DNA of 64,000 nucleotides from Candidatus Woesearchaeota archaeon. Lineage in GTDB: Archaea > Nanobdellota > Nanobdellia > Woesearchaeales > JAGVYF01. The notes under the pieces are model-generated. The model ran no database searches and was not told where the DNA came from. It saw nothing but the letters and a program-made list of their open reading frames with translations. Of this stretch, positions 1 through 10,030 are shown piece by piece (positions within the stretch are counted from its first letter, which is position 1; each line of letters opens with the position of its first letter). The translations under genes were made by a program, and so were the position numbers. The stretch is from contig JBAZLJ010000002.1 of NCBI GenBank assembly GCA_041650315.1, positions 65,599-129,598 on the forward strand, given 5' to 3'.

Positions 1-948
1 GAAATCAGTCCGCGTCAGCACGTTCTTCGTATGAGAGAATTCACACAAGCAGAAGGGCAATTGTTCATATTCCCTGATCAGAAGAATAGTTACGAACCTT
101 ATGAAAAAGTCAAGAAGACTAAACTTCCGCTATGGTCTTATAGTCTTTGGTCAACTAATAAACCGCTTGAAGAAATTAGTTTAGAAGAAGCTATGAAAAA
201 AGGTTATTTGAAGAATCAAGCTTATGCATGGTCTGTCTATATGGCTTACGAATTGTTCAGAAATATGGGTATACCTGCAGACAAAATCAGATTAAGGCAA
301 CACGATCCTGCTGAAAAAGCGTTCTATGCTGACGATGCATGGGATGTCGAAGTACAGCTTAATACATTCGGATGGTTTGAATGCTGCGGCGTCCATGACA
401 GGACAGATTATGATTTGAAACAGCATGAGAAGTTCTCTAAAGAGAAATTGCAGGCTCGCGATTTGAATAATAATGTACTTACTCCACATATATTGGAGAT
501 TGCTTTCGGTACAGATAGACCGACTTATGCTTTATTAGATATATTCTATGAATTCAAAGAGAAAGAGCAAGGTATGAGCAAGTTCTCAATACCTTACAGA
601 CTATCTCCTGTGAAAGCAGCTATATTCCCATTGATGAAGAAAGATGGAATGCCTGAGCTCGCAGAAGAGATATATGCTAAGTTGTCAAAATCATTTGTTT
701 GCAAGTATGACGAGTCCGGTTCAATTGGACGTAGATACTTACGTGAAGATGAATCAGGCACTGCATTCTGCTTGACTATCGATTATGATTCATTAAAGAA
801 TAAGGATGTCACTATACGTGACAGGGATTCTGCCAAGCAGGCTCGTGTCAAGATTAAAGATTTGACATCCACCATATCTGAATTACTTTCAGGAGATATG
901 AAATTCACAGATTTGAAACTTGTCGAGGTAAAGAAAGATGAAAACTGA
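1..948 (+). CDS. glyS: Glycyl-tRNA synthetase (alpha2 type), 5'-truncated by the window edge
   Basis: Frame open from base 1 (EISPRQHVLRMREFTQAE, class II motif 2). PHILEIAFGTDR motif 3 and C-terminal anticodon-binding domain SIGRRYLREDESGT. Confidence 0.95.
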   Translation, partial: EISPRQHVLRMREFTQAEGQLFIFPDQKNSYEPYEKVKKTKLPLWSYSLWSTNKPLEEISLEEAMKKGYLKNQAYAWSVYMAYELFRNMGIPADKIRLRQHDPAEKAFYADDAWDVEVQLNTFGWFECCGVHDRTDYDLKQHEKFSKEKLQARDLNNNVLTPHILEIAFGTDRPTYALLDIFYEFKEKEQGMSKFSIPYRLSPVKAAIFPLMKKDGMPELAEEIYAKLSKSFVCKYDESGSIGRRYLREDESGTAFCLTIDYDSLKNKDVTIRDRDSAKQARVKIKDLTSTISELLSGDMKFTDLKLVEVKKDEN

Positions 949-2218
949 ACGTGTCTTCACTAAGAATGTCGGACAGCATATTGGCAAAAGCATCACTGTA
1001 ACTGGTTTCGCGCAAGAAGTACGCGACCTGAAGAATATCAAGTTCATCGTTCTTAGAGATGTCACTGGTTTTGTTCAGACAATTGCGTTAAAGAAAGTGA
1101 CTGAACCTGCATCATTTGAAGCTATTCCTAAGATTACTGCTGAAAGCGTAGTCTCTCTTACTGGAGATGTTGTCGCTAACAAAGAAGCGAAGCAAGGCTA
1201 TGAGATACAGATCAAAACTGTTGAAGTGCTGAACACTGCTGAGCCATTGCCGATGGACATATCTGATAAAACTAATACTTCTTTTGATACTCGCTTGGAT
1301 AATAGATTCTTGGATTTCCATAAACCTAAGATCCAGGCTATTTTCAAGATACAGAATGAAGTCACAAATGCTTTCCGCGAGCATTGGTATAACAAAGGGT
1401 ACTTGGAAATGCAACCGCCATGTGTTATATCAGCTGCATCCGAAGGAGGCACTGAACTTTTCGCTGTGCAATATTTCGAGAAGAAAGCTTATCTTGCTCA
1501 ATCTCCGCAATTGTACAAGCAGATGCTAGCATGTTCTATGGAAAAAACGTTCACAATCACACCAGTCTGGAGAGCTGAGAAGCATAACACCACTAGACAC
1601 ATCAACGAGATAAGGCAGATGGATATTGAAGTTGCTTTTGTTGATCAGATGGGCGTAATGAAACTGCATGAAGAATGCGTTATCCATATGGTCCAAAAAG
1701 TCAAAGAGAAATGTGCTGCTGAACTTGAATTGCTTGGCGTCAAATTACATGTTCCTAAAGGCGTTTATTTATCCTATGAAGAAGCTAAAGAAGCTGTTAA
1801 GGGTAAAGTTGGTGAAGATTTCTCACCTGAAGAAGAGAAGATGCTGTGCGACATGCATCCAGGCGATATCGTTTATACTCATTCATGGCCTGCTTCATTG
1901 AAGCCGTTCTATATCATGCCGAAAGATGCTAAAGCTGATTCTCAAGTGAGCGAAGGCTTTGACGCATTGTATGGCGGTCTTGAGATAACTTCCGGCGGGC
2001 AAAGGATACACTTACCTGAATTGCTCATTGAAAGGATTAAGCACAAAGGATTACATCCTGAGAATTTCAAATCTTATATTGACTCATTTAGATACGGCGC
2101 ACCGCCTCACAGCGGTTGGTCCATTGGTCTAGAGAGGTTTACACAAATCCTTTGCGGTTTGGATAACGTCAAAGAAGCGACCATGTTCCCAAGGGATAGG
2201 GACAGGCTAACGCCTTAG
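938..2218 (+). CDS. aspS: Aspartyl-tRNA synthetase, archaeal type (probably non-discriminating)
   Basis: N-terminal OB fold, YLAQSPQLYKQ, WRAEKHNTTRH, EITSGGQRIH, GAPPHSGWSIGLER, FPRDRDRLTP. Confidence 0.95.
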   Translation: MKTERVFTKNVGQHIGKSITVTGFAQEVRDLKNIKFIVLRDVTGFVQTIALKKVTEPASFEAIPKITAESVVSLTGDVVANKEAKQGYEIQIKTVEVLNTAEPLPMDISDKTNTSFDTRLDNRFLDFHKPKIQAIFKIQNEVTNAFREHWYNKGYLEMQPPCVISAASEGGTELFAVQYFEKKAYLAQSPQLYKQMLACSMEKTFTITPVWRAEKHNTTRHINEIRQMDIEVAFVDQMGVMKLHEECVIHMVQKVKEKCAAELELLGVKLHVPKGVYLSYEEAKEAVKGKVGEDFSPEEEKMLCDMHPGDIVYTHSWPASLKPFYIMPKDAKADSQVSEGFDALYGGLEITSGGQRIHLPELLIERIKHKGLHPENFKSYIDSFRYGAPPHSGWSIGLERFTQILCGLDNVKEATMFPRDRDRLTP

Positions 2219-2265
2219 ATTTGACCGAAAGCCTTTTAAAAAGACTATTTGTCCATATTGATGTT

Positions 2266-2405
2266 CATATAATGGGGATGTAGACCAATCAACCGGTTAC
2301 GCTCGGTTGACGCGCAACTGCTATATTCGTCAGTACTGCTGACTCAATAGCAACCGATGAAAGCATGATTCCAGAAGCGTGCTTTGACATATAATGGGGA
2401 TGTAG
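2266..2405. repeat. 18-bp direct repeat of the tRNA-Phe leader/5' end bracketing a hairpin-rich insert
   Basis: CATATAATGGGGATGTAG at 2266..2283 and 2388..2405, with three stem-loops in between. Confidence 0.85.
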
Positions 2406-2469
2406 CTCAATCTGGGAGAGCACCACGCTGAAGCCGTGGTTGTCCAGGGTTCAAATCCCTGCATTCCCA
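2396..2469 (+). tRNA. tRNA-Phe(GAA)
   Basis: Acceptor GGGGATG/CATTCCC, anticodon arm CCACG-CTGAAGC-CGTGG, T arm CAGGG-TTCAAAT-CCCTG. Confidence 0.95.
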
Positions 2470-2546
2470 TTCGATTTTTCTATTCTTATGATTACCGAGA
2501 ATCTAAGACAATAATAAATTTAAATAGAACTTTCCTTTCGTTAAAA

Positions 2547-4100
2547 ATGCATCTAGAAAATACTGACTTAGATATTATATTTGAAGACATTAATAATGGC
2601 AAATTAGATGTGTTCATTTCCGCATTACAAAAATATTTTGGAGTGGTAAAACCAAAAATAAAATTTAAAATCTTTGTTAAGAAATTACAAAATGATAAAC
2701 ATAAAGATTCTTTAGAGTATAACAAGACATGTAACGAAGTTATTTCGTTTGCTAAAGAAGTTTATACGAGATATAATACTCCCGCAAATCTTCAATTAAA
2801 AGAAATATTTGAAAAAATGAATTCTAATTTAATGGGTCGATTACACACATACCCCCCAGAATATAGATATGATTTGTTGTTAGAAAATATTCTCGATTGT
2901 CTAAATGGTAAAATCATAAATAAAAAAGATAAAGAAACATACGAAAAATTGTATGATCAATATTTTAAGCGATATAATGACTATAACTCTAAGAAAAAAG
3001 ACGCATTGTGGCATAAACTAGATGAAATAAATCATTATCTTGTAACATATACTTATCGAACAGATGGAATCAAAAACCAAAAAGATCAATTTTTACCTTA
3101 TTTGATACAATTTCATAAAGCGTATATGGAATTTAAAACAAGTTATGGGGAGGAGTTTAACGAAAAAAAGAATGAATTTTTAAATAGCCTAAAAAAAGAG
3201 GGGGGATTAAAGTCGCTCTTAAAAATTAATTCTATATATAATGATGAATTATGGTTATTAAACATAATATTATACTCTATATTTGCCATATTTTTAATTT
3301 TAATGGCAGTTTATTCAAGTAAACAAGATATAGGCCGAAGTTTAGAACTTTTAGGCATTACTTCTAAATTAAATTTAGATTATTACATGGGTAGTGCAAT
3401 AATTTGGATAACGATTATTTGTGTACTATTGTTTATTAAATACTGTATTACTAAATTAAAAGATTATGAATCTTTAAATTATATTAACAAACATTTTCTT
3501 AATCGGTTTCTAAATGGATATTTTTTATTATCAACAAGTCTAATCTTATTATTTGTCGCGATGGGATTAAATTTGTTAACATTTCAGTATGGTTCAAGCT
3601 TTCCTAAGCCATTGGATTTTAAAAATGCGGCTGGATACCCAAACTTTATTGAGGACAATATTGATGAAATAACTGGAGTATGTAACGGAAGAGATGATGA
3701 GAGATTTTTTATAAAGGATAAAGAAGCAATTTGTAATATAACTTTAAAAATTAAAAAGGAGAGTAATTTTAAATTTAATTATATGAATAAATGTATTTGG
3801 GATAACAAAAACAATATATGTAAACCCGCAAACGAATATAATTATTTAACTAATTATTATCTTGAAATCAATCCTACTGAAGAAGGTGAATTTGAATTTA
3901 AAGTAGAAATTTATGGGCAAAATAATTCTAATACTCTTATAAATCCGATTAATGCTAAATTTAAAGATAAAGTAAGAACTATTGAGGAAATCCAGAAATT
4001 GGAAAATGAAAAAATAACATTATTCTTTGCGATTATTTCTTTAGGAGTATTTTCTATTTTATCGGGTGTACAAAATATAAAGGAATTAACAAAAGAATGA
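2547..4100 (+). CDS. AT-rich multi-pass membrane hypothetical protein
   Basis: Long ORF with 3-4 hydrophobic segments. Start moved to ATG 2547 because the track start overlaps the tRNA. Confidence 0.7.
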   Translation: MHLENTDLDIIFEDINNGKLDVFISALQKYFGVVKPKIKFKIFVKKLQNDKHKDSLEYNKTCNEVISFAKEVYTRYNTPANLQLKEIFEKMNSNLMGRLHTYPPEYRYDLLLENILDCLNGKIINKKDKETYEKLYDQYFKRYNDYNSKKKDALWHKLDEINHYLVTYTYRTDGIKNQKDQFLPYLIQFHKAYMEFKTSYGEEFNEKKNEFLNSLKKEGGLKSLLKINSIYNDELWLLNIILYSIFAIFLILMAVYSSKQDIGRSLELLGITSKLNLDYYMGSAIIWITIICVLLFIKYCITKLKDYESLNYINKHFLNRFLNGYFLLSTSLILLFVAMGLNLLTFQYGSSFPKPLDFKNAAGYPNFIEDNIDEITGVCNGRDDERFFIKDKEAICNITLKIKKESNFKFNYMNKCIWDNKNNICKPANEYNYLTNYYLEINPTEEGEFEFKVEIYGQNNSNTLINPINAKFKDKVRTIEEIQKLENEKITLFFAIISLGVFSILSGVQNIKELTKE

Positions 4101-4114
4101 ATTAGCTTTTGTTT

Positions 4115-6352
4115 TTAAACAGCAATTCCGCTGAGTATAGAAGAAGCAATAAAGTTGAACACTAGAATGACAGTGAATGCTAGACCTACATACAATATAG
4201 TACCACGAATGAGATTCAAGCCGAGATTGTAACGTTCTGCCAATGGGTCTGCACCATTCTCTATGGAGTTGACAATGACAGTGAGTATGTATATGATCTG
4301 AACAACATACAATCCAACGATGATCTGGAAATAATAAGTCGGCATGCCTTCGCCAAGCATATTCGTCAAAGAACCTATCCCACCAAGACCTTCTGCGCCA
4401 CCTGAACCGCCTGCGCCTTTAGATACAGTATTCATCAATACAGTGAGCTTGCCCAGAATTGTGGTGACCATAGAAGTTATGCCTATGACTATGCCGGCAA
4501 TGACCGGCGCCATGAATTTAATCTGCGAATTCATTGAAGAAACTATTTCCGCCATCAGGTCTTTCAATCTTTCATCAACCTTGTGGATCTCTTTCAGATA
4601 TTCTGAAATATTTATCAAAGTCTGAGCTGCAATCTTAGGGCCTTTCTTTGTCGCCTGAGTAAGTACTTTCATGGATGATCTGATTATGCTCGAAGGGAAC
4701 TGGGCCAATGCGCCTCTCTTAGGATCGAATATCGCTTGCTCAACGCTCATACCCATCCTAGTAACATTGTCCGAAACTATTGACATGAATTTGCCTGAAA
4801 GAGTATCACGCATAGATTGAGCCACTTTACCGAAAGCTATCTCTGTAGGCAATCCGTCACCTAACCTGTTTCCTAGCTGGAACAATGCAGAAGCGAATTC
4901 TTTCTCGAGCGCTTTGCTCTTCTCTCTTATCTCAATGACATTCTGCGATCTGAATTTGTAATATAGACCAATTCCTATACCGAATGCAAGGACCATGCCC
5001 AGACTCAATATGCCTGCGCCAATACCATATGGCCCGAATGAAAGTCCTACTAATGGACCAGTTGTCGCTGAACTTACCCTGTATTCCAATAAGCAGAATG
5101 TTGAACCGCAAGGGCTTGTCGTATCTTCGCCCATGAAACCTATATCTGGGAAACCAAATAGATGGAATATCAATGGACTCAGACCAACCATAAACAGGCC
5201 AATGCCGATTATCATTGAAAGATATAATGGATTTATTGCTATTTCGATACTGCCTAACCTCAGCAGAATATTGGTGTATTTTTTGAGTTCCGGATTGGTC
5301 TCAGATATATCCATGTCTCCGTAACCAGTCGGTCTTGAAGCGAGTATTGATTTGCCGAGATAATAAACACCGACAGGAAGCGCGAAATTGTATAATGCCG
5401 CAATATACATAGCGAGAGTGGTAGGGCCGGTGGTGCCGGAAGTCATGAAGCTGACGATGAGCGGCAGGATGACAAGCCCGAGAATAGGTAGAATCACGCC
5501 GAGCATGTGGAGCATCGTGATAGGCGACTGGAGGCTATGCGCGAAATGAAGCATTTTTTCGTAAGTCCCTTCGAGGATAACTTCCAGTGATTTATCCAGA
5601 AGAGCTAATCTTCTCTGCTCAGTGGTCTCATACAACGAACCTTCGATAAGATGCATGCTCTCTATGAATTCCATGTTCCATTTGCGCCATGATTCGAGAT
5701 ATGCGTCAAGCGATTCTTTCAGTGAAGGGTATTTGCCAGTCTCGACATTCCATAGCATTCTCTTGAAATCCAATGACAACGGCTTGCTAAGATAATCTGA
5801 TGCGAATTTTATAGCACCTTCAAGATTCGAGGTATGCCTCATATAAGTAACGACATAGAAAACTGAAATTACCATTTGGTTGCTTGCCTTGATACGCCAA
5901 TCATTAGCTATATAGTTCGGAAGCTGAGTGAGTATGTACATTAATATCAGTCCGAACAAAATGAAGAATGCTGTGAAAAACAAACTAGGAGTTGGAAGGA
6001 AAAGTAATGTGAATAGGTAACCGAAAATCGAGCCCAGTAGCATCAGCGCAACTGGTCCGACTACTGCGAAACTCATCACGCCTGTAGGTGTTATGTTGAG
6101 ATGCGCAACCTCAATGCTGTCCTGTATCTTAGCGAGATCTTCTTTGCTAGGCGGAGCTATCCTAATAACTGTTTCTGAGAAGTTGCAAGCTTTCTCATAG
6201 AATGTAAGACTCTTTGGCATGAGCTCAGACTTAAACTGCAGATATTCTGTGGATTCCAGACCTTGATCAATCCCTGTACCTGGTCCAATCTCAGAGCTAA
6301 TCCTTTGCTGATATTTCCTCATCAGCTCCTTCATCTGCTCAGAGCTAGCCAT
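4115..6352 (-). CDS. Type II/IV secretion (TadC/FlaJ-like) platform membrane protein
   Basis: Two T2SSF-like repeats with TM pairs, downstream of the secretion ATPase. Confidence 0.75.
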   Translation of the reverse strand: MASSEQMKELMRKYQQRISSEIGPGTGIDQGLESTEYLQFKSELMPKSLTFYEKACNFSETVIRIAPPSKEDLAKIQDSIEVAHLNITPTGVMSFAVVGPVALMLLGSIFGYLFTLLFLPTPSLFFTAFFILFGLILMYILTQLPNYIANDWRIKASNQMVISVFYVVTYMRHTSNLEGAIKFASDYLSKPLSLDFKRMLWNVETGKYPSLKESLDAYLESWRKWNMEFIESMHLIEGSLYETTEQRRLALLDKSLEVILEGTYEKMLHFAHSLQSPITMLHMLGVILPILGLVILPLIVSFMTSGTTGPTTLAMYIAALYNFALPVGVYYLGKSILASRPTGYGDMDISETNPELKKYTNILLRLGSIEIAINPLYLSMIIGIGLFMVGLSPLIFHLFGFPDIGFMGEDTTSPCGSTFCLLEYRVSSATTGPLVGLSFGPYGIGAGILSLGMVLAFGIGIGLYYKFRSQNVIEIREKSKALEKEFASALFQLGNRLGDGLPTEIAFGKVAQSMRDTLSGKFMSIVSDNVTRMGMSVEQAIFDPKRGALAQFPSSIIRSSMKVLTQATKKGPKIAAQTLINISEYLKEIHKVDERLKDLMAEIVSSMNSQIKFMAPVIAGIVIGITSMVTTILGKLTVLMNTVSKGAGGSGGAEGLGGIGSLTNMLGEGMPTYYFQIIVGLYVVQIIYILTVIVNSIENGADPLAERYNLGLNLIRGTILYVGLAFTVILVFNFIASSILSGIAV

Positions 6353-6456
6353 CTATTTCCTCTTTTTTGCGTTTTATGTATTATAGATATATCTATCTAT
6401 ATAGAATATCATATATTTTATTTATATAAAGGTTTGGGTAAAGTTTGACTAGATGA

Positions 6457-6918
6457 TTATTTCAAGCGTTTGACGAAATCAGCTACTTTCTTGTGATAAT
6501 CTCCCTTCATATCCTTCGCATTCAATGTCAATGTCGCTAATGGTCTTCTGCCTATCAACTCAGCCATACCTTTGAAAGCTTTCTTATCTCCAGAACCGCC
6601 CATTGTACAAAAGAATGCAACATTCTTGAACGTACCTTTATTACCAATGATATATGTCCTTATCGCAGGGCTCATGCCTGCCCAGATTGGTGTTCCGATT
6701 ACTACAAGGCCATATTTCTGAGGCAGTTTTTTGTCTACCTTAATTGGTGTGAGTCTCTTGAGAACTGCGTCGCGTCCGCCTAGAATATAACCGATAATTC
6801 CTTTCCTGTTCCTTAAATCGTGAACTTCTTGGATATCTGCTTTCATATCTTTAGCAATAATCCCTGCGACCTTCTTAGTAATCCCTGTTCTAGAATAGTA
6901 TACAACTAAAGTCTTCAT
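6457..6918 (-). CDS. Flavodoxin-like protein
   Basis: VVYYSRTGITKKVA FMN loop, GTPIWAG, AFFCTMGGSG. Confidence 0.9.
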   Translation of the reverse strand: MKTLVVYYSRTGITKKVAGIIAKDMKADIQEVHDLRNRKGIIGYILGGRDAVLKRLTPIKVDKKLPQKYGLVVIGTPIWAGMSPAIRTYIIGNKGTFKNVAFFCTMGGSGDKKAFKGMAELIGRRPLATLTLNAKDMKGDYHKKVADFVKRLK

Positions 6919-6923
6919 ATTAA

Positions 6924-9212
6924 TCACTTCTCCCCTCTTTTCTTCATTTCACGCTTGAGCCAGTCAAACCATTGGAAATAAATGCGTTCAGTATCAATTA
7001 TGCCTGTTTCTTCCTGGACCTCTGCCATGATATTGTGGAACATGTCGTTTGATTCTATAACGAAATGCGCTTCAAGCATCTTAGGATCCTTTAATTTCTC
7101 AGCGAATTCAACCAGAGTCTGCTTGATCTTCGCCCTTAGCATGATATTGTCCCAAACAGCGTCCCAATTCCCAGCCATGCCTTTGATATTGCCTGCGACT
7201 GCTTTCAGTATCTCGGAATCGCCATTGATCAAATCTTGAGTTGGTTGAAGTTGGTCAGTCTCGACATCGTATTTCATCAAATCGACGAAACCGCCTTCGA
7301 GCATAGGATCGTTTTCCCAATACTTCCTTACTTCTGTTATTTGCGTTACACGTCTGACACGTTTTGTGCCAGATGCAGTCTTGATCGGATTGCAGACAAC
7401 AATCAAATCAGTCGCTTTGAATGAAGTTTTTGGAACGCCAATGTCATTGACAACTCTGTCGAAAACGCCGTAAGGAGATTCTGCGTGGATCGTGCCTGCG
7501 ACAACATTAGCTGCAGCGCCGACCCTCATAGCTTCGTATAATGAAATCGCTTCCTGGCTCCTGACTTCGCCGATGAACAATGCGGAATCGCCAAGCCTTA
7601 ATGTAGACCTTATGCCGTCTGTCGCAGAGACTTCTGAACCGCCTTCTTTCGCCAACGCACCTGCGACTTTCATCTGCTGAAGGTTGTAGCCTTCGGCAAT
7701 CAATTGTTTGCCGGGCAATTCTAATGTATCTTCTATTGTGATTATCCTGTAACGTCGCATTATCTCTACTAACAATGAGCCAAGGAATGAAGTCTTACCT
7801 GATGACCTTGTTCCGCATACGAGCATTGTCCTTGTTCCGTCCACAAGGAAGCTCAATAACCCTGCAGCCAGCGGATTTATCATCTTCGCTTTCATGAAAA
7901 GCGGTAATGTCCATGGCTCGTCCCTATGACGCCTGAATGAGAAAGCCATTCCTGTAGGATCCAAAGGTCTTGTTATAACTGAAACCCTGGCTGAAGCGAC
8001 TGGAAGATTTATCTCGGTATCCAATATAGAATTTGCCTCATCCAATGGCCTTCCAGACATCATCCTGAGCTTAGTCGCCCATGACTCGGATTCTGTGGTT
8101 GTCGGATAGATGTTGGTATAGCAATCACCGAAGTCTTGATGCACAATAAAAATAGGGGTCTTGCCCATCGGGCTGTTGACTGAAATGTCTTGGACTTTAT
8201 CATCAGCCAGAAGCACTTCTATCAGACCGAAACCGACTGTGTATCTCACTAAGATTTCCACAATCTCAGTTATGTCTTGCTGACTAAAGCCGTAGTTTCT
8301 TGAGTTAGACAATTCTTCGACTAAATCTTTGCCTACTTTATGGAATACCTCACGCATACGTTCTGGATTGACGAATTCTTCTTTCGCCGGTTTATGCTCA
8401 GCCATGATGTTCCTGGCTAAGTCTAAGATCTCATACTTTTCTTCTGATAATTTGAATTCAGGCGGGAATATGTGATAAAGATTCTTGACAGAATCAGGGA
8501 ATTTGAAAATAGTTATCTCGTTTTCTCCGACTGCATATCCGTCAACTTCCTCACCATTAGGAGGATAGGCTGCCAGCAATTTCGTGTACATGAAATCAGG
8601 TTTTGTAGTCGCTGAAAATAGCTGTTTGTAGATGTTCCTGTCGCCAGGCACTGCGCCGGCAAGATACGGCTTGAGCGCTTGTATCAATTTTGTGGATTCT
8701 AATGCGTCAGCAATATAATCAACGAGCCTCAAGAATCTTGAAAGGAAGTCTTGCAGTTTAGGGTCAGGTATGGCTGAGATTTTTGAACGTTCTGATCTAG
8801 ACAATCTTCTCAGCTCTATATATGCACCAGCGGGATCAGACTTGAACATGCGGTAGAATACTTGTTCGAATTTCGCAAACGGCTGCGACAACGCTTTGCC
8901 TAGTATAGGGTCAGTGACCATCGTATGGAACAACTGGAGATAACGTTCCTTGACTATCTTCTTGTAAAGCTCTGCTACTTCTACCAATAATTGAGTCTGA
9001 GAATAATCGTATTCATAATCACGGTTCTGGACAAAAATAATCTTAGAAACCGAGCCGGTCTCGATGAGTCTATCAATGGCGCCTGACATGCAGTTAGGGT
9101 CATCTTCAAGCGAAGGAACGTTTATATTAGAACCATAATCTATCCTAAGTACTGATTCCTCACCCTCTTTCAACACTTCGTAACCTGGAGCTTTTTCCTC
9201 TTCGTCCGGCAT
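6924..9212 (-). CDS. Type II/IV secretion system ATPase (FlaI/TadA/VirB11 family) with N-terminal extension
   Basis: Walker A GTRSSGKT, Asp box TIEDTLEL, Walker B IGEVR, GTIH His box. Confidence 0.9.
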   Translation of the reverse strand: MPDEEEKAPGYEVLKEGEESVLRIDYGSNINVPSLEDDPNCMSGAIDRLIETGSVSKIIFVQNRDYEYDYSQTQLLVEVAELYKKIVKERYLQLFHTMVTDPILGKALSQPFAKFEQVFYRMFKSDPAGAYIELRRLSRSERSKISAIPDPKLQDFLSRFLRLVDYIADALESTKLIQALKPYLAGAVPGDRNIYKQLFSATTKPDFMYTKLLAAYPPNGEEVDGYAVGENEITIFKFPDSVKNLYHIFPPEFKLSEEKYEILDLARNIMAEHKPAKEEFVNPERMREVFHKVGKDLVEELSNSRNYGFSQQDITEIVEILVRYTVGFGLIEVLLADDKVQDISVNSPMGKTPIFIVHQDFGDCYTNIYPTTTESESWATKLRMMSGRPLDEANSILDTEINLPVASARVSVITRPLDPTGMAFSFRRHRDEPWTLPLFMKAKMINPLAAGLLSFLVDGTRTMLVCGTRSSGKTSFLGSLLVEIMRRYRIITIEDTLELPGKQLIAEGYNLQQMKVAGALAKEGGSEVSATDGIRSTLRLGDSALFIGEVRSQEAISLYEAMRVGAAANVVAGTIHAESPYGVFDRVVNDIGVPKTSFKATDLIVVCNPIKTASGTKRVRRVTQITEVRKYWENDPMLEGGFVDLMKYDVETDQLQPTQDLINGDSEILKAVAGNIKGMAGNWDAVWDNIMLRAKIKQTLVEFAEKLKDPKMLEAHFVIESNDMFHNIMAEVQEETGIIDTERIYFQWFDWLKREMKKRGEK

Positions 9213-9296
9213 CTAACACCTACCTTAAAGCAAAAACTTAAATATTTAAGATATCAATATACATTATATCTATATATATAAAATTTTGGATGTCAC

Positions 9297-9827
9297 ATGG
9301 CGGATATACTGGATAACCTGAAGAAAGCTATGCAACCTGCGAATGCTAGCGCGAATAATGCTGTTCCTGAAACTCCTAAGGAAGAAGCGGCAAGCAAAGA
9401 ACAAATTTCTGAATTCATTGAAAAGCTGAACAATCTTACTCGTGCAATCAGAACAATTGAAGAAAGGTATAACAACCTCAGAAGAAAGTCTCAGTTGACA
9501 GACCATAATATACTTGTTCAGCATCAAAGGCTCAATAAGGAACTTAGGCTGAACGATTCTGATCTCATTGATATCAAGAGAGGATTGCAGAAGATAAACG
9601 ATAAACTGAATATGCTCGAGAAAGAGCTGGATGTCTGCGCGAAGAAGAATGAACTTGACGTACTTGCCAAATATATCGGATATTGGAGGCCGATGGAATT
9701 TGTCACGCGCGGAGAGGCTGAAAAGATAATAAACGCAGCAATTCTAGAGAAAGGGCCTAGAAAAGAAGAGCCTGAAAAGAAGCCTCTTGTAAATAGGTTG
9801 AATAACGGCGAAAGAAGCGTATACTAA
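9297..9827 (+). CDS. Coiled-coil hypothetical protein
   Basis: Heptad-rich ORF ending in ELDVLAKYIGYWRPMEFVTR. Confidence 0.7.
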   Translation: MADILDNLKKAMQPANASANNAVPETPKEEAASKEQISEFIEKLNNLTRAIRTIEERYNNLRRKSQLTDHNILVQHQRLNKELRLNDSDLIDIKRGLQKINDKLNMLEKELDVCAKKNELDVLAKYIGYWRPMEFVTRGEAEKIINAAILEKGPRKEEPEKKPLVNRLNNGERSVY

Positions 9828-9840
9828 TTTGTCGCCGGTT

Positions 9841-9965
9841 TGTTTTGCCGTTAGTTCGCATGCGCTTCTGATAGGTGATTGCTGGCCTTCCCTTGTAAAG
9901 GGTCCAACATCCCTTGCCGCATAAGTCCATTGAACTACATGATGCTCACAAAGGACGGCAAAATA
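9841..9965. repeat. Structured intergenic element family A, copy 1
   Basis: Terminal IR TTTTGCCGT/ACGGCAAAA. Core 9853..9921 is 62/69 identical to 57437..57505. Confidence 0.85.
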
Positions 9966-10030
9966 GTAATAACAAAACAAAAAGTTTATATACGTTTTAA
10001 AGTATAATAATCACAGAGGTATAGATAATA

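Noticed and set aside
2436..2546. 5' extension of the 554-aa ORF
   Set aside because: It starts inside tRNA-Phe. ATG 2547 is more plausible.
5390..5580. Locally GC-richer patch in the platform gene
   Set aside because: The frame is intact and there are no boundary repeats. It may be a recombined allele patch but cannot be supported by eye.
4115..9212. Calling this locus an archaellum (flaI/flaJ)
   Set aside because: No archaellin, flaH, flaF or flaG in the window, so only a family-level call is justified.
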